This document shows, piece by piece, positions 7,194 to 16,566 of a stretch of 61,374 nucleotides of DNA. The stretch is from a virus. Its lineage: Duplodnaviria; Caudoviricetes. Location: IMG/VR virus record IMGVR_UViG_3300049893_001396, positions 1-61,374 of that record; one strand, given 5' to 3'. How positions within the stretch are numbered: the stretch's first letter is position 1; each line of letters starts with the position of its first letter. Position numbers and translations under genes: made by a program. A model generated the notes under the pieces. The model saw only the letters and a list, made by a program, of their open reading frames with translations, ran no database searches and was not told where the DNA came from.

Positions 7194-10162
7194 AAACCTC
7201 CGAACATTGTTGTTGGTTTGTACACCGTTTCAGGTATAATACTACCCTTCTTACTGGATGCCAGCCACTTGATGAATGCCGGTTTCTTACGATACTCATC
7301 TCGTCGGCTCGTCAGATCCAAGCAGTTGGACGCCAGCAGAAGTCTCAGGAATGAGTGGGCCTGCTGTTTTGAGCAGTCCAGAACGTGCTCGATCATTGTC
7401 GATGTTACCTGATCTGTAGTCAGGAATAGCATACGCTCCTGCTCGGTAAGCACAAACTCTGAATCCAAGCGCTCCACATTCTGAAGGCTGTCACGCTTAG
7501 TCAGCACCCGGGACAATTGGCCATATCCCATCGAGGGGCTGTCGTAGATATCACGAAGGAACTGGTACGCCACATCCGCATGCGCTGGATGGACAAGTAC
7601 CTTCTCACCTGTTGCATCGGACGAGAAGCACATCACCGCTAACGACACTGCGATACGGGCGAGCTTGATCACCTGCTCCGCTGGAGGTACCAACGCCATT
7701 GACCCATGATAACGGCTCACCATGTCCTTCGAGTATTCGATTAGCCGGTCTTCAGTACCTTCAACAAACACAATCTCGTGCGCCTTCCGTGTCCAGCCCC
7801 ACATTATCAGATCGTGGCATACGCTTGCTTGGAAGACTCTGTTTTCGATCGGTTCAGGATGTCTATATATGATATCCTGCGGGAGGTCTCCCATATTTAC
7901 AGCCACCGCGAAGTCCAGTCGAGTGATATCCTCGGTCTTCCCGCCCATGATCGACGAAATCGCCTCGATGCCATACGGGAAGTTGTCCATTACCGTCGAG
8001 GTCTGGCGCGGGTTCGCGACAAAGATGATCCGGGTCTTGGCGTTCGTCCTGTTCCGCTGGATCTTGGTGATCTGCGCGACCCCGGTAGACACGGTCTGCG
8101 ACAGGTTAGCAAGTACTTCTTCTGGAAGGCCATGTGCTTCGTCGATCGCCACGAGCCCGCCATTGTTCAGTGGAAGTGTTCCCCAGATAACTCCAGAGAT
8201 CTCCCCTTTCAGGCTGCCAACGCCGCCAACCAGACCCGCAAACGACGCGGACTCTCCGCCAACAAGCTCGCCCAGCCGGTAGTACGACATGAGCTTGGTC
8301 ACGACGTCCGACTTCCCTGTTCTGGAGTCTCCAAAGATAAGGGAACACAGGTACCCCCGGCTCAAGGTCTTTCCGAACACTGAGAACGACTTCACCGAAT
8401 GGTACACTAGATCCACAGCAAGGTGCAGAGTATCGCGGCCATAGATCCGCGTCTCTTGTTGAAGCTCCTTGTACCGGTACTTCAGCATTTCCCATATCAC
8501 ATCTGCGTCTGGTCGTACTGCTACCGCCGATAGCTCCCGAACAAGTGCCGGAGTTACACGGAAGGTGTTGAATGCGTTCTTGCCATCTGCCACTTTGTAT
8601 GCCATCAAGATCGCTTCTTGATTGCTGGGCGCCGCCATTGGGATTCCCTCTAGTTCGTAGCATCTGTTTGCTTCGAGCGTGTCTTCCGTAATCGTGTAGA
8701 CCTTCCGAAGAATGTATGAGGAGTCTTGCTCTGATACGAATCCGATATCCGGGCTTACTACAATCTCGGACACGTTATACACGGTTCGCACTTCCAGCTT
8801 GAATTTCACGCATTTGGAGGGTACTCCGAACTTATGCTTCAGCAACTTGTGGAGTCGGTCGTTCGGGAGTCCGATAAACCCGATATTGTCCGGATCGTCG
8901 CATGCGATGCCATAACTTGTCCGAACAGCCCGACCGCCAACATCCATGATCGTGTCTTCATCGGTTGTCGACTGGCAGAGCTTGCATTCCGCACAATACT
9001 CCTCAGTGTTCCTGCCGTAGCAGAAGAAGTCACACCGGCGGGGCGTGGAGTAGGTCCGCATAATACCTGCAACGACCACCGACACCTGAACGCGCTTCCG
9101 GAAGAAGTTCGTATGATGGGACTCGGTCAGACTCACCGGATAGACTACTTCACCCGAAGCGGAGGTCCGGATATTGTCCCAGTCGGTCGGTTCCAGCGTC
9201 AGAAAGGCATCGATCCGCCACTCATTCAACCGAAGGAAATCGGTGAAATCCCCGTTCTTCGGCATCCCATCACAACTGAAGTCGTACAAGTAGATCTTAC
9301 GTGCAACCTGCTCCAACTCCTTCGCAACCAGCCGGGCACCGTCGCAACCCGCTTGATCGATGTCATAGCAGATGTACACGTCACGATCCCGGAAGTACTT
9401 GTTGAAGTTCGGGTGCCAAGCGTGCGCACCACCTGCGGGCCCAACTACCGACACGCCTCGTATTCCAATCGCATTGGCGAGCATCGCATCGAGCCAACCT
9501 TCGAATAGGTAGATCGGCTCGTTGTCTTGGGTGAGGTTAGACTCTGGCCAAAGCATAACACCTAAGCCTGTCGGCGTGAAATACGCCTTCGGGAGATCAG
9601 AGTCTGACCCGAACGTCTGGTTTGACGGGCGGTGATATGCGAACATACGGCACTGGTGGATCGCATCGAACACGGGAAGGCTGAGGTAGTTGTCACCATC
9701 GAACCCAACCCGAAACCGGGAGAGCGTGTCTTTCGGGATCCCGCGCTCATTTAACAGGAACTGCATAACCTTCGGAGAGTTCAGTAGCACTTCATGATAG
9801 TGGTCCACATCATCGGTAGGGGTGGGCAGGTATCCCTGAAGAGCCAGAAGGGCCCTCGACACATCGTCGATATCTGCGCCGGTCATCCAAGTTGCGAGGC
9901 TGATCGGATCCTCCCCACCCCTATGGCACACGAAACAGAACCACTTACCAGTCATCGCGTTGATGCTGAAGGATGCATTCGCATCGTCGTGGTTCGGGTG
10001 AGGACAACGGAACCGAACTTCCTCGTCTGATTCGGTCAACTTCGTCCGCACCTGTTCTTTCGGATTTTTTGCGTTTAGAGACAGTAGATGCGCAAATGCC
10101 TTTGTGTACGCATAGCGGTCTCTGTACAGGTCTTTTAAAGACGCGAGGGTGTTCTGATTCAT
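7190..10162 (-). CDS. DnaG-type primase (Zn finger + TOPRIM) fused to MCM-family helicase
   Basis: CPHPNHDD..SFSI..WFCFVC; LFEGWLDAM and CYDIDQAG TOPRIM; GDSRTGKS Walker A, SFAGLVGG, AIDEAH Walker B, IIFVANP, TRLDF Arg finger. Confidence 0.9.
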   Translation of the reverse strand: MNQNTLASLKDLYRDRYAYTKAFAHLLSLNAKNPKEQVRTKLTESDEEVRFRCPHPNHDDANASFSINAMTGKWFCFVCHRGGEDPISLATWMTGADIDDVSRALLALQGYLPTPTDDVDHYHEVLLNSPKVMQFLLNERGIPKDTLSRFRVGFDGDNYLSLPVFDAIHQCRMFAYHRPSNQTFGSDSDLPKAYFTPTGLGVMLWPESNLTQDNEPIYLFEGWLDAMLANAIGIRGVSVVGPAGGAHAWHPNFNKYFRDRDVYICYDIDQAGCDGARLVAKELEQVARKIYLYDFSCDGMPKNGDFTDFLRLNEWRIDAFLTLEPTDWDNIRTSASGEVVYPVSLTESHHTNFFRKRVQVSVVVAGIMRTYSTPRRCDFFCYGRNTEEYCAECKLCQSTTDEDTIMDVGGRAVRTSYGIACDDPDNIGFIGLPNDRLHKLLKHKFGVPSKCVKFKLEVRTVYNVSEIVVSPDIGFVSEQDSSYILRKVYTITEDTLEANRCYELEGIPMAAPSNQEAILMAYKVADGKNAFNTFRVTPALVRELSAVAVRPDADVIWEMLKYRYKELQQETRIYGRDTLHLAVDLVYHSVKSFSVFGKTLSRGYLCSLIFGDSRTGKSDVVTKLMSYYRLGELVGGESASFAGLVGGVGSLKGEISGVIWGTLPLNNGGLVAIDEAHGLPEEVLANLSQTVSTGVAQITKIQRNRTNAKTRIIFVANPRQTSTVMDNFPYGIEAISSIMGGKTEDITRLDFAVAVNMGDLPQDIIYRHPEPIENRVFQASVCHDLIMWGWTRKAHEIVFVEGTEDRLIEYSKDMVSRYHGSMALVPPAEQVIKLARIAVSLAVMCFSSDATGEKVLVHPAHADVAYQFLRDIYDSPSMGYGQLSRVLTKRDSLQNVERLDSEFVLTEQERMLFLTTDQVTSTMIEHVLDCSKQQAHSFLRLLLASNCLDLTSRRDEYRKKPAFIKWLASSKKGSIIPETVYKPTTMFGGL

Positions 10163-10220
10163 ATGTAAGTTGTCCCCTTATAAGATATGCCGGGTACAAC
10201 GCCCCCGGCTGGCTATCAGA

Positions 10221-11108
10221 TTAGTAGATGGAATTCGGATCGACAATCACGTCAGCGGCTTCGACCACAACGGGTTCCGGAGTGTCCATTGGTGAGGTGA
10301 CTTGGGCTTGCATGAACTTCGGTGCTTCGATCTGAACGGTCTGGCTTTGGTAGATCGGATCGAGTTTGAATTCGCGGAACACATCGGCTGATTCTTGGTA
10401 TGGCGCTTCGAGAGCGGCACTGAAGTTTGCGCCGACTTGGTTAGCTTCCATAATTTCCGTCGACTTAATGGAGTCCCACACAGGCCAGTAGCCTTCTTTC
10501 TCCACTCCGTTATCCTTATAAGTACCTCGATGGATGCGAGTGCAGGTTTCAAACTCAGCGAAGAATGGTCGAGCGGTAGTTCCGAAGCGTTCCAGCAATA
10601 CTTGCTCAACCCGCTGGATATTCCGGATTGACTCGTTCATCGTCTTTTTCATCGCTTCATTGCTGATTGACAAGCTGAGATTGTATTCTGTAACTTCCAT
10701 AACTTTTCCGGCCATCAGGTCTTCCATATCAGACCGGAGCACTACCACCATATCAAAGAACTCTGAAGCGGTAGGGCGTACCCACTTATCATCCGCACCT
10801 TTTGTGAAGAAGACTTCGTGCTCCATAACTGGGGTACCGTCAGACCAAGCATTCGGCCGTACTCCCGGGGTAGTGATATAGGTGTATTTCTCAAGCGTCA
10901 TATCTTGTCGAAACATCTTAAAGGAGTGAGCGCATCGGAGAATAAAGAACTTCAGAGGTTCTCCTACGTTTGCAATTACTTTACTTTCATCAGTACTTAG
11001 TACAACAGTACCGGCGGGTAGCCCAGTTCGAAGGGCCGCAGTCCCTGCAAGCATCTTCAAAAAAGCCACAGTCTTAACGGTTGGAGCGATATTTCCAAAA
11101 AGTGACAT
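10221..11108 (-). CDS. Hypothetical replication protein, possibly phage SSB
   Basis: Position in replication module; acidic tail ending in an aromatic residue; AAGGAG RBS. Confidence 0.5.
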   Translation of the reverse strand: MSLFGNIAPTVKTVAFLKMLAGTAALRTGLPAGTVVLSTDESKVIANVGEPLKFFILRCAHSFKMFRQDMTLEKYTYITTPGVRPNAWSDGTPVMEHEVFFTKGADDKWVRPTASEFFDMVVVLRSDMEDLMAGKVMEVTEYNLSLSISNEAMKKTMNESIRNIQRVEQVLLERFGTTARPFFAEFETCTRIHRGTYKDNGVEKEGYWPVWDSIKSTEIMEANQVGANFSAALEAPYQESADVFREFKLDPIYQSQTVQIEAPKFMQAQVTSPMDTPEPVVVEAADVIVDPNSIY

Positions 11109-11124
11109 ATTATTTTTCTCCTTA

Positions 11125-11550
11125 TTATTTGGTTACTGATAGTGCAGAATATTCAGTTACGCGGATGCCGCATTCCTCGACAAATTGTCCGAAGAAGTCG
11201 GGATCATTCCGAAAAGCGCTTGGGAAAGATTGTGCGGAAACTGTGACTAATCCTTCATAGGGTGTCCCGATAAGTTGTTCAACAAGCTGGAGCTTATTCT
11301 CAACTGTCACACTCTCCTTGCGGAGGATCTTCAACCCACCGTAGGTCGTGCGTACGCCATCAAGTCCGGGAGTGTTTACTAGGAAATCAAGGATTTCTTT
11401 TTCGAGAGCTTTCTTCGCATCCTCAACTTCTTTCAACTGGGACTTCAGCTCGAGAAGGAGGGCATGCTTCTCGTGAATATTCTCCAGTGTAATTTCGTTG
11501 GTTGTTTGGGGTTGTTGCGGCTTTAAATCGAAGATTGATTCGGTTGTCAT
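11125..11550 (-). CDS. Coiled-coil phage protein (Gam/gp157-like architecture)
   Basis: GGAGG RBS; N-terminal coiled coil then beta segment. Confidence 0.5.
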   Translation of the reverse strand: MTTESIFDLKPQQPQTTNEITLENIHEKHALLLELKSQLKEVEDAKKALEKEILDFLVNTPGLDGVRTTYGGLKILRKESVTVENKLQLVEQLIGTPYEGLVTVSAQSFPSAFRNDPDFFGQFVEECGIRVTEYSALSVTK

Positions 11551-11760
11551 AGTGACCTCCATCTAAAATAGGTTTATCGAGTAACGCCTCGATAGTGCGT
11601 AATTCTTCGCGGATAAGCTCCGCACGGGAATTTAACTTTCTGACTACATTCCGAGTTAGTGCTTCAAATGTCGCCAGTCTCTCATAGTTCAAGGTTCTCA
11701 CCTCCCCACTTAATCCAGTATACACCATCTTTTAATTATAACAAATCGATTTTATTTAAT

Positions 11761-13260
11761 CTAACTGTCAACCCAGAATCTTGTATCGGTGAGTCGGTTC
11801 TGTATATCCAGCTTTTCCTGAAGTGCCTTGGATATGATCGTATCGATCGAACTCTGAAACATAAGCTCAATGTACGTGATCTTCGCGTGTCGCTCGGATC
11901 CGACCCGATGGCACCGGTCATTTGCCTGCAACCAGTCCTCAAGGTTGTAGTTCTTCGAGAACCATATCGCATATGACGCCTCTACCAAGTTTATGCCGAT
12001 CCCGGCTGATGCCGGATTCGCGATGATCACCCGGCACGTTGGATCTGTTCTGAACTTGGTCGCCTCGGCCTGCTTGTCCTTCGTATCCCCGAAGATAATG
12101 GCGGGATTATACGGCTTCAGGGCTTCGATCAATTGGAAGATATTGTTTCGGTACACCGCCCACACAATTACCTTCGTAGTCGAGCATAAGTCTTCAAGCA
12201 GTTCCGTCAGGGCGTTCAGCTTCGGGTTCGTTTTGAACCGTTTCTCTTCACCCGTATCGGTCTTATAGAATCCAGACGACACTTGATTTAACCGAAGGAT
12301 CTTAGACGCTGCCTGATCGGCGACAACGGTATCTCCTTCCAGATATGCGATGAAATCCTGCTTCAGCTGCTTATACATCTTGGCTTGGTCTTCGGACATC
12401 TCGCAGTACTGGTGCATAAACACCTTCTCCGGAAGGTCGAGGCAGTCTTCCTTTTTAAGGGTCGTACTTACTGTCGCCACTCTCTCCCGGAACGCCGGTT
12501 CTAGTGCCTTGATCAGCACCCAATCCGGGAAGTACTTACCGCCACACATCCGCTTTGATGCGTTGATGTCGCACATCCACTGTCTTCGGAAGGTCATTTC
12601 GTTAGTTCCGAATGTTAGCCCACCATCCAGAAATAGGATCTGATTGAATATGTCCTCAGCTCCGTTAGGCATTGGAGTCCCGGTCAGTGCCAAGCGGTAC
12701 ATCGACATCGGGCCCAGCTGGAGCAGTGACTGCGTCCGACCCGCTTTCGACGACTTGATCTTATGAGATTCATCGAGGATGATAATCTCCGGCGGATTCT
12801 GCCTCAGATAATCGTGCATATATGACATCTCAATGATCCAGCGCTTCGTCCGATCCACGTAGATGTTCGGCCTACCTTCTACCGCGTCCATCGCCTTACC
12901 TCCAGCACCCTTTCGGATCTTATAACTGAGCTTGTCGTAATTAATAACGATGATCGACTCATTCGGTATTTTCTGCAAACCACGCTCAACCTGCTGCCGG
13001 GTGCCGTCGACTACGTGAACTCGACTCGCAAGGGATGAGTGCTTCTCGAACTCTTCGAGCCAGTTATACTGTACAACCTTCGGGCATACGATCAGAACCC
13101 GCATCGGCCTCCCGTGCTTGTACATCTTCATCCGGATCCAGTCGATCGCGAACTTCGTCTTACCCGTACCCATTTCCCAGAACTCCGCCCAATACGGCTT
13201 GTCGGAGTGTTCTTTCAGGAAATGGAGCTGGTGGGCGAGGGGTTTCGTTTTGAAAATCAT
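11761..13260 (-). CDS. SNF2-family DEAH helicase
   Basis: EMGTGKT, LDESH, LTGTP, GIGINL, QANDRCHRVG. Confidence 0.93.
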   Translation of the reverse strand: MIFKTKPLAHQLHFLKEHSDKPYWAEFWEMGTGKTKFAIDWIRMKMYKHGRPMRVLIVCPKVVQYNWLEEFEKHSSLASRVHVVDGTRQQVERGLQKIPNESIIVINYDKLSYKIRKGAGGKAMDAVEGRPNIYVDRTKRWIIEMSYMHDYLRQNPPEIIILDESHKIKSSKAGRTQSLLQLGPMSMYRLALTGTPMPNGAEDIFNQILFLDGGLTFGTNEMTFRRQWMCDINASKRMCGGKYFPDWVLIKALEPAFRERVATVSTTLKKEDCLDLPEKVFMHQYCEMSEDQAKMYKQLKQDFIAYLEGDTVVADQAASKILRLNQVSSGFYKTDTGEEKRFKTNPKLNALTELLEDLCSTTKVIVWAVYRNNIFQLIEALKPYNPAIIFGDTKDKQAEATKFRTDPTCRVIIANPASAGIGINLVEASYAIWFSKNYNLEDWLQANDRCHRVGSERHAKITYIELMFQSSIDTIISKALQEKLDIQNRLTDTRFWVDS

Positions 13261-13302
13261 TGCATGCTCACCTCGACCAACTGCCCCATAACCACATACC
13301 GC

Positions 13303-13641
13303 TCAAATGATCCCATACGTTTTTTCGTCGATAAGGGCACAACGAAGTAGTTCGTCTTTGAGTCCTCGCCAAGAGTCCGCAACAAAGGCAAAAGCGCCAC
13401 TTTGCCGCAGTTTCTGGATTCGATAATCTTGCAATGGTCGGGGAGACTCCCCAACTCGCTTGACCTCGATTCCGATGAAATGTCCGGAGACATGCCCGAC
13501 AATGTCGGTAACTCCACTTCGATTCGCTCCCTCAATTTTCGTCCAAGCTGAGCGTGGAATTCGCTCAAGTCCTCGGAGGATTTCAGTTTGGACCTTAGAC
13601 TCTTTTTTACGATACTGCTTGTAATCGAATTCTTCACCCAT
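13303..13641 (-). CDS. VRR-NUC domain endonuclease
   Basis: GVTDIVG..FIGIEVKR...PRPLQ...LRQSGAFAFVA. Confidence 0.85.
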   Translation of the reverse strand: MGEEFDYKQYRKKESKVQTEILRGLERIPRSAWTKIEGANRSGVTDIVGHVSGHFIGIEVKRVGESPRPLQDYRIQKLRQSGAFAFVADSWRGLKDELLRCALIDEKTYGII

Positions 13642-13698
13642 ACAAACCCCCTCGCCGCAGCGTAACCAATCATAAATAAAAACAACCCATCCATAAAA

Positions 13699-15690
13699 CT
13701 ACCCATTCCAAGGCTCCTTATCCGCCCAATTTGTCCGAATAATCTCCGGATCCACTGTCAACTTAATTCCGAAGATCCCCATACTATCTGACATGATATC
13801 ACAGACTTGTGGGATCAGTTCGGACACTCTATTCTCGTCTACCTGTACGATCAGTTCGTCGTGCACCATCATCAGAATCTCGACATCGGGCAGGGTGTCA
13901 TATATCCGAACCATCACCGCTTTGATGTAGTCTGCACACGACCCTTGGATGTATGCATTCACACCCTTGTACCCCTGATCTGTGGCCAGACGTCTTCGAC
14001 GTCCGAACGGGTTCACGATATAGCCGAACCTGCCGACCTCATTGGACATCCGAGTCATGAACTTCTTCGCATCAGGGAAGGTCCGGAAGTAGTCCTCCTT
14101 GATCACATTGCCTTCGGAAGTATCTACACCCATAACCGCCGCGATCTTCTTAATACCCGCCCCGTACAGTGTCATTAGGTTAAAGACCTTCGACTTCTTA
14201 CGCGCCTTTTTAGGATCCGGATCGTTCCGAAGCGTTGAGACCTTGTCCACAACTAGCTGATAGAAATCGGTGTCGTTCTCATTAATCTCACGCACTACCT
14301 CTGCCATACCAGCAGAAGCCGCAAACACCCGGAACTCCTGCTGCTTGAAGTCGATCGCAAACATCACCTTACCGGGATCTGGTACAATCGCACGGCGTAT
14401 CGTCTTATCGTCCTTCGGAAGGTTCTGTAGGTTCGGTTCAGAAGATGACGTGCGACCAGTGCGCGCCGAGCATTGGTTGATGTTTGCGTGAATTCTCCCG
14501 TCTTTACGAGCAAAACCCAGCATCGGCTGAATGTACGTTCCGAGCAACTTCGACACCTTACGATACTCTAGGATCGTCCGGATCAGTGCGATAGCTGGAT
14601 TCGCCTGTACCTCCGCCAAATAGCCTTCGGCAGCCGAAACCTCAATCCAGCTCAACTCCTCGTCCTTAGCCTCAACAAGCGCCTTCAGAGTCTTCTCGTC
14701 CACCTTGTATCCGGTCTTGGTCTCAGGTAGTGTGGCGCCGAGTTCGCGGAGTTTACGGGACAGCTGTTGGGGTGAGTTGATGTTCAAGCCCGGGGCGAGT
14801 TGCTGGATCTGCGAGAGTAGGGCGATCTGCTTGGTCTTGTACTCTTCCTCGACATTATAGAGGTATCCCATGTCCACCCGAAGTCCAGTGCGTTGCATCG
14901 CTCTATACACTCTCATAACCGACATCTCAAGCGAGAATACGGGGAGCAGGTTCTGATCCTTCAGAATAGGGTTCAAGTTCTCCGCCAAGCGGTATGTCAG
15001 AAACGCATCAGCCGCAGCATATTCGCGCATCAGGTCCCACGGTACATCTGCGTAATTCCGGTCAGCCGACTTGATTCGGCGCCGTGCAAACCACTGATCG
15101 ATTCGATCGTTCTTCTTGTGCACAGACAGTAGGGAAGTGATGAAACTCCGCTGTCCTGCTGAGTCGAATTGCATCATCGATATGAGAAATGAATGCTCGA
15201 CTAGCTTATCCTTACACTCCTCCTTAATATCTGAAGCACAAACCATGTCAATGAAGTCCTGAGGGCGTCCGAGAGTGGCGTCGGCAATAACTATCGCCTT
15301 GTAGATATCCTCTTGCGTTATGGGCGGCAGCCGAAACTCCACCTGAGTTGCCAGCTTCTTGGACCTATTCTCGTCCACCAAGTGCGCTGCCACCATCGTA
15401 CAGAAGATAGGCCCAAGCACAAACTGACCAAGCACTTCAAGCATCTGTAAATCGAACTTGGCGTTGTGGAAAATCTTGCAGATGTCTGGATCTTCTAGGA
15501 TGTTCGAGATGTGTGAAACATCCCGGGTGACGATTGTCTTCAAGCCATCAATCGACTCCACATATACGTCACCTTCCGGGATCGTATACTCGACTTTCGC
15601 CGGGTCCCAAGTCATGATGAAACAGAATGGATACGCTCCCAAGAAGGGATTCAACCCAGTTGTTTCTGTATCAATCGCAACGTACCGCAT
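13699..15690 (-). CDS. polA: Family A DNA polymerase with 3'-5' exonuclease (Leu at the 762-equivalent position)
   Basis: DTETTG, FHNAKFD, YAAADA exo motifs; DFKQQEFR, RKKSKVFNLMTLYG, VHDEL polymerase motifs. Confidence 0.96.
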   Translation of the reverse strand: MRYVAIDTETTGLNPFLGAYPFCFIMTWDPAKVEYTIPEGDVYVESIDGLKTIVTRDVSHISNILEDPDICKIFHNAKFDLQMLEVLGQFVLGPIFCTMVAAHLVDENRSKKLATQVEFRLPPITQEDIYKAIVIADATLGRPQDFIDMVCASDIKEECKDKLVEHSFLISMMQFDSAGQRSFITSLLSVHKKNDRIDQWFARRRIKSADRNYADVPWDLMREYAAADAFLTYRLAENLNPILKDQNLLPVFSLEMSVMRVYRAMQRTGLRVDMGYLYNVEEEYKTKQIALLSQIQQLAPGLNINSPQQLSRKLRELGATLPETKTGYKVDEKTLKALVEAKDEELSWIEVSAAEGYLAEVQANPAIALIRTILEYRKVSKLLGTYIQPMLGFARKDGRIHANINQCSARTGRTSSSEPNLQNLPKDDKTIRRAIVPDPGKVMFAIDFKQQEFRVFAASAGMAEVVREINENDTDFYQLVVDKVSTLRNDPDPKKARKKSKVFNLMTLYGAGIKKIAAVMGVDTSEGNVIKEDYFRTFPDAKKFMTRMSNEVGRFGYIVNPFGRRRRLATDQGYKGVNAYIQGSCADYIKAVMVRIYDTLPDVEILMMVHDELIVQVDENRVSELIPQVCDIMSDSMGIFGIKLTVDPEIIRTNWADKEPWNG

Positions 15691-15749
15691 TCGCTTCTCC
15701 TTGTATAATGATGCCCTACCCTATCGTTTAACATCCGATTTTATGCACA

Positions 15750-15765
15750 TGTTTCACGTGAAACC
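15750..15765. promoter_or_regulatory. parS: parS-type palindrome (15/16) inside a 20-bp inverted repeat (15714-15733/15768-15787)
   Basis: TGTTTCACGTGAAACC. Confidence 0.8.
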
Positions 15766-15794
15766 ATTGTTAAAAGACAGGGTAGGGGAGTGTT

Positions 15795-16160
15795 TTACAT
15801 ACCTGTTTTATACGTGTGCTCAGCTATGATTTTCGAACCATCATCCGACCACACAACGAATTTACGCTCGCCAGCCCTACCCTTGCAAATTTCGATTCCA
15901 TTCGACTGAAGGGCTAACTCCAATCCCTTTACAAATACTTTGCATTTCATAATAAGCGCATATTCATCCGGACATTCGAAGATCTGGAAGTGGTTGAACT
16001 GGACTTGCTCCGGCGTCAATGAGCGCTTCAATTCACGGATATTGACGACCAGTAAGTCATGTCGATAATTGCATACAAACCAATCCGCAGTCTTATCCAT
16101 CAGCTTATCTTTGAGCTTCCGCTCTTCACTACTCTTATTCCCCCAATTAAATAGTCCCAT
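15795..16160 (-). CDS. Hypothetical protein
   Basis: RBS GGAGAGGG before MGLFNW. Confidence 0.6.
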   Translation of the reverse strand: MGLFNWGNKSSEERKLKDKLMDKTADWFVCNYRHDLLVVNIRELKRSLTPEQVQFNHFQIFECPDEYALIMKCKVFVKGLELALQSNGIEICKGRAGERKFVVWSDDGSKIIAEHTYKTGM

Positions 16161-16449
16161 CCACCCTCTCCTTATGTATGATAGCCTTCTGAATGTCATC
16201 TGTGATGAACATCCGACGATTCCAAGCGTAGTAGTTCTTCAGATCTTTCATTAGCTCCTTGAACAAGCTATCATCACCCTCAAGGAACCAGTACCCGTAC
16301 TTACCAGCACTCCCAAGAATACGTGTCGAGTACAGCGAGTCGAACGTGTTCGGAATGATCGCGGATAGCGGGAACACATATCCCCGCCTCCCTGAGACCT
16401 TCGCCAACGCTACAGCCTTGTTAAATTCTGGAAACTCCACTACTCCCAT
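16147..16449 (-). CDS. Hypothetical protein
   Basis: Operon position. Confidence 0.6.
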   Translation of the reverse strand: MGVVEFPEFNKAVALAKVSGRRGYVFPLSAIIPNTFDSLYSTRILGSAGKYGYWFLEGDDSLFKELMKDLKNYYAWNRRMFITDDIQKAIIHKERVDGTI

Positions 16450-16565
16450 TTCGCATTATCCTCGTACTTACTCGTTGCCGGACAGTTATTACAGCGGTAT
16501 ACGATCTTTACGTTCTGCCATGTTTCACGTGAAACATCCGTACTCCCACATACCGGGCACTTCAT
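16440..16565 (-). CDS. 41-aa Zn-ribbon microprotein (MKCPVCGSTDVSRETWQNVKIVYRCNNCPATSKYEDNAKWE), absent from the ORF track
   Basis: CxxC...CxxC; fills gap between neighbours; contains parS read as DVSRET. Confidence 0.65.
   Translation of the reverse strand: MKCPVCGSTDVSRETWQNVKIVYRCNNCPATSKYEDNAKWE
16521..16536. promoter_or_regulatory. parS: Perfect parS palindrome
   Basis: TGTTTCACGTGAAACA. Confidence 0.88.
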
Positions 16566-16566
16566 C

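Noticed and set aside
7218-10224. Many antisense or alternate-frame ORFs over the primase-helicase (likewise over polA, capsid and fibre genes)
   Set aside because: Shadow ORFs without RBS or motifs, overlapping well-supported genes
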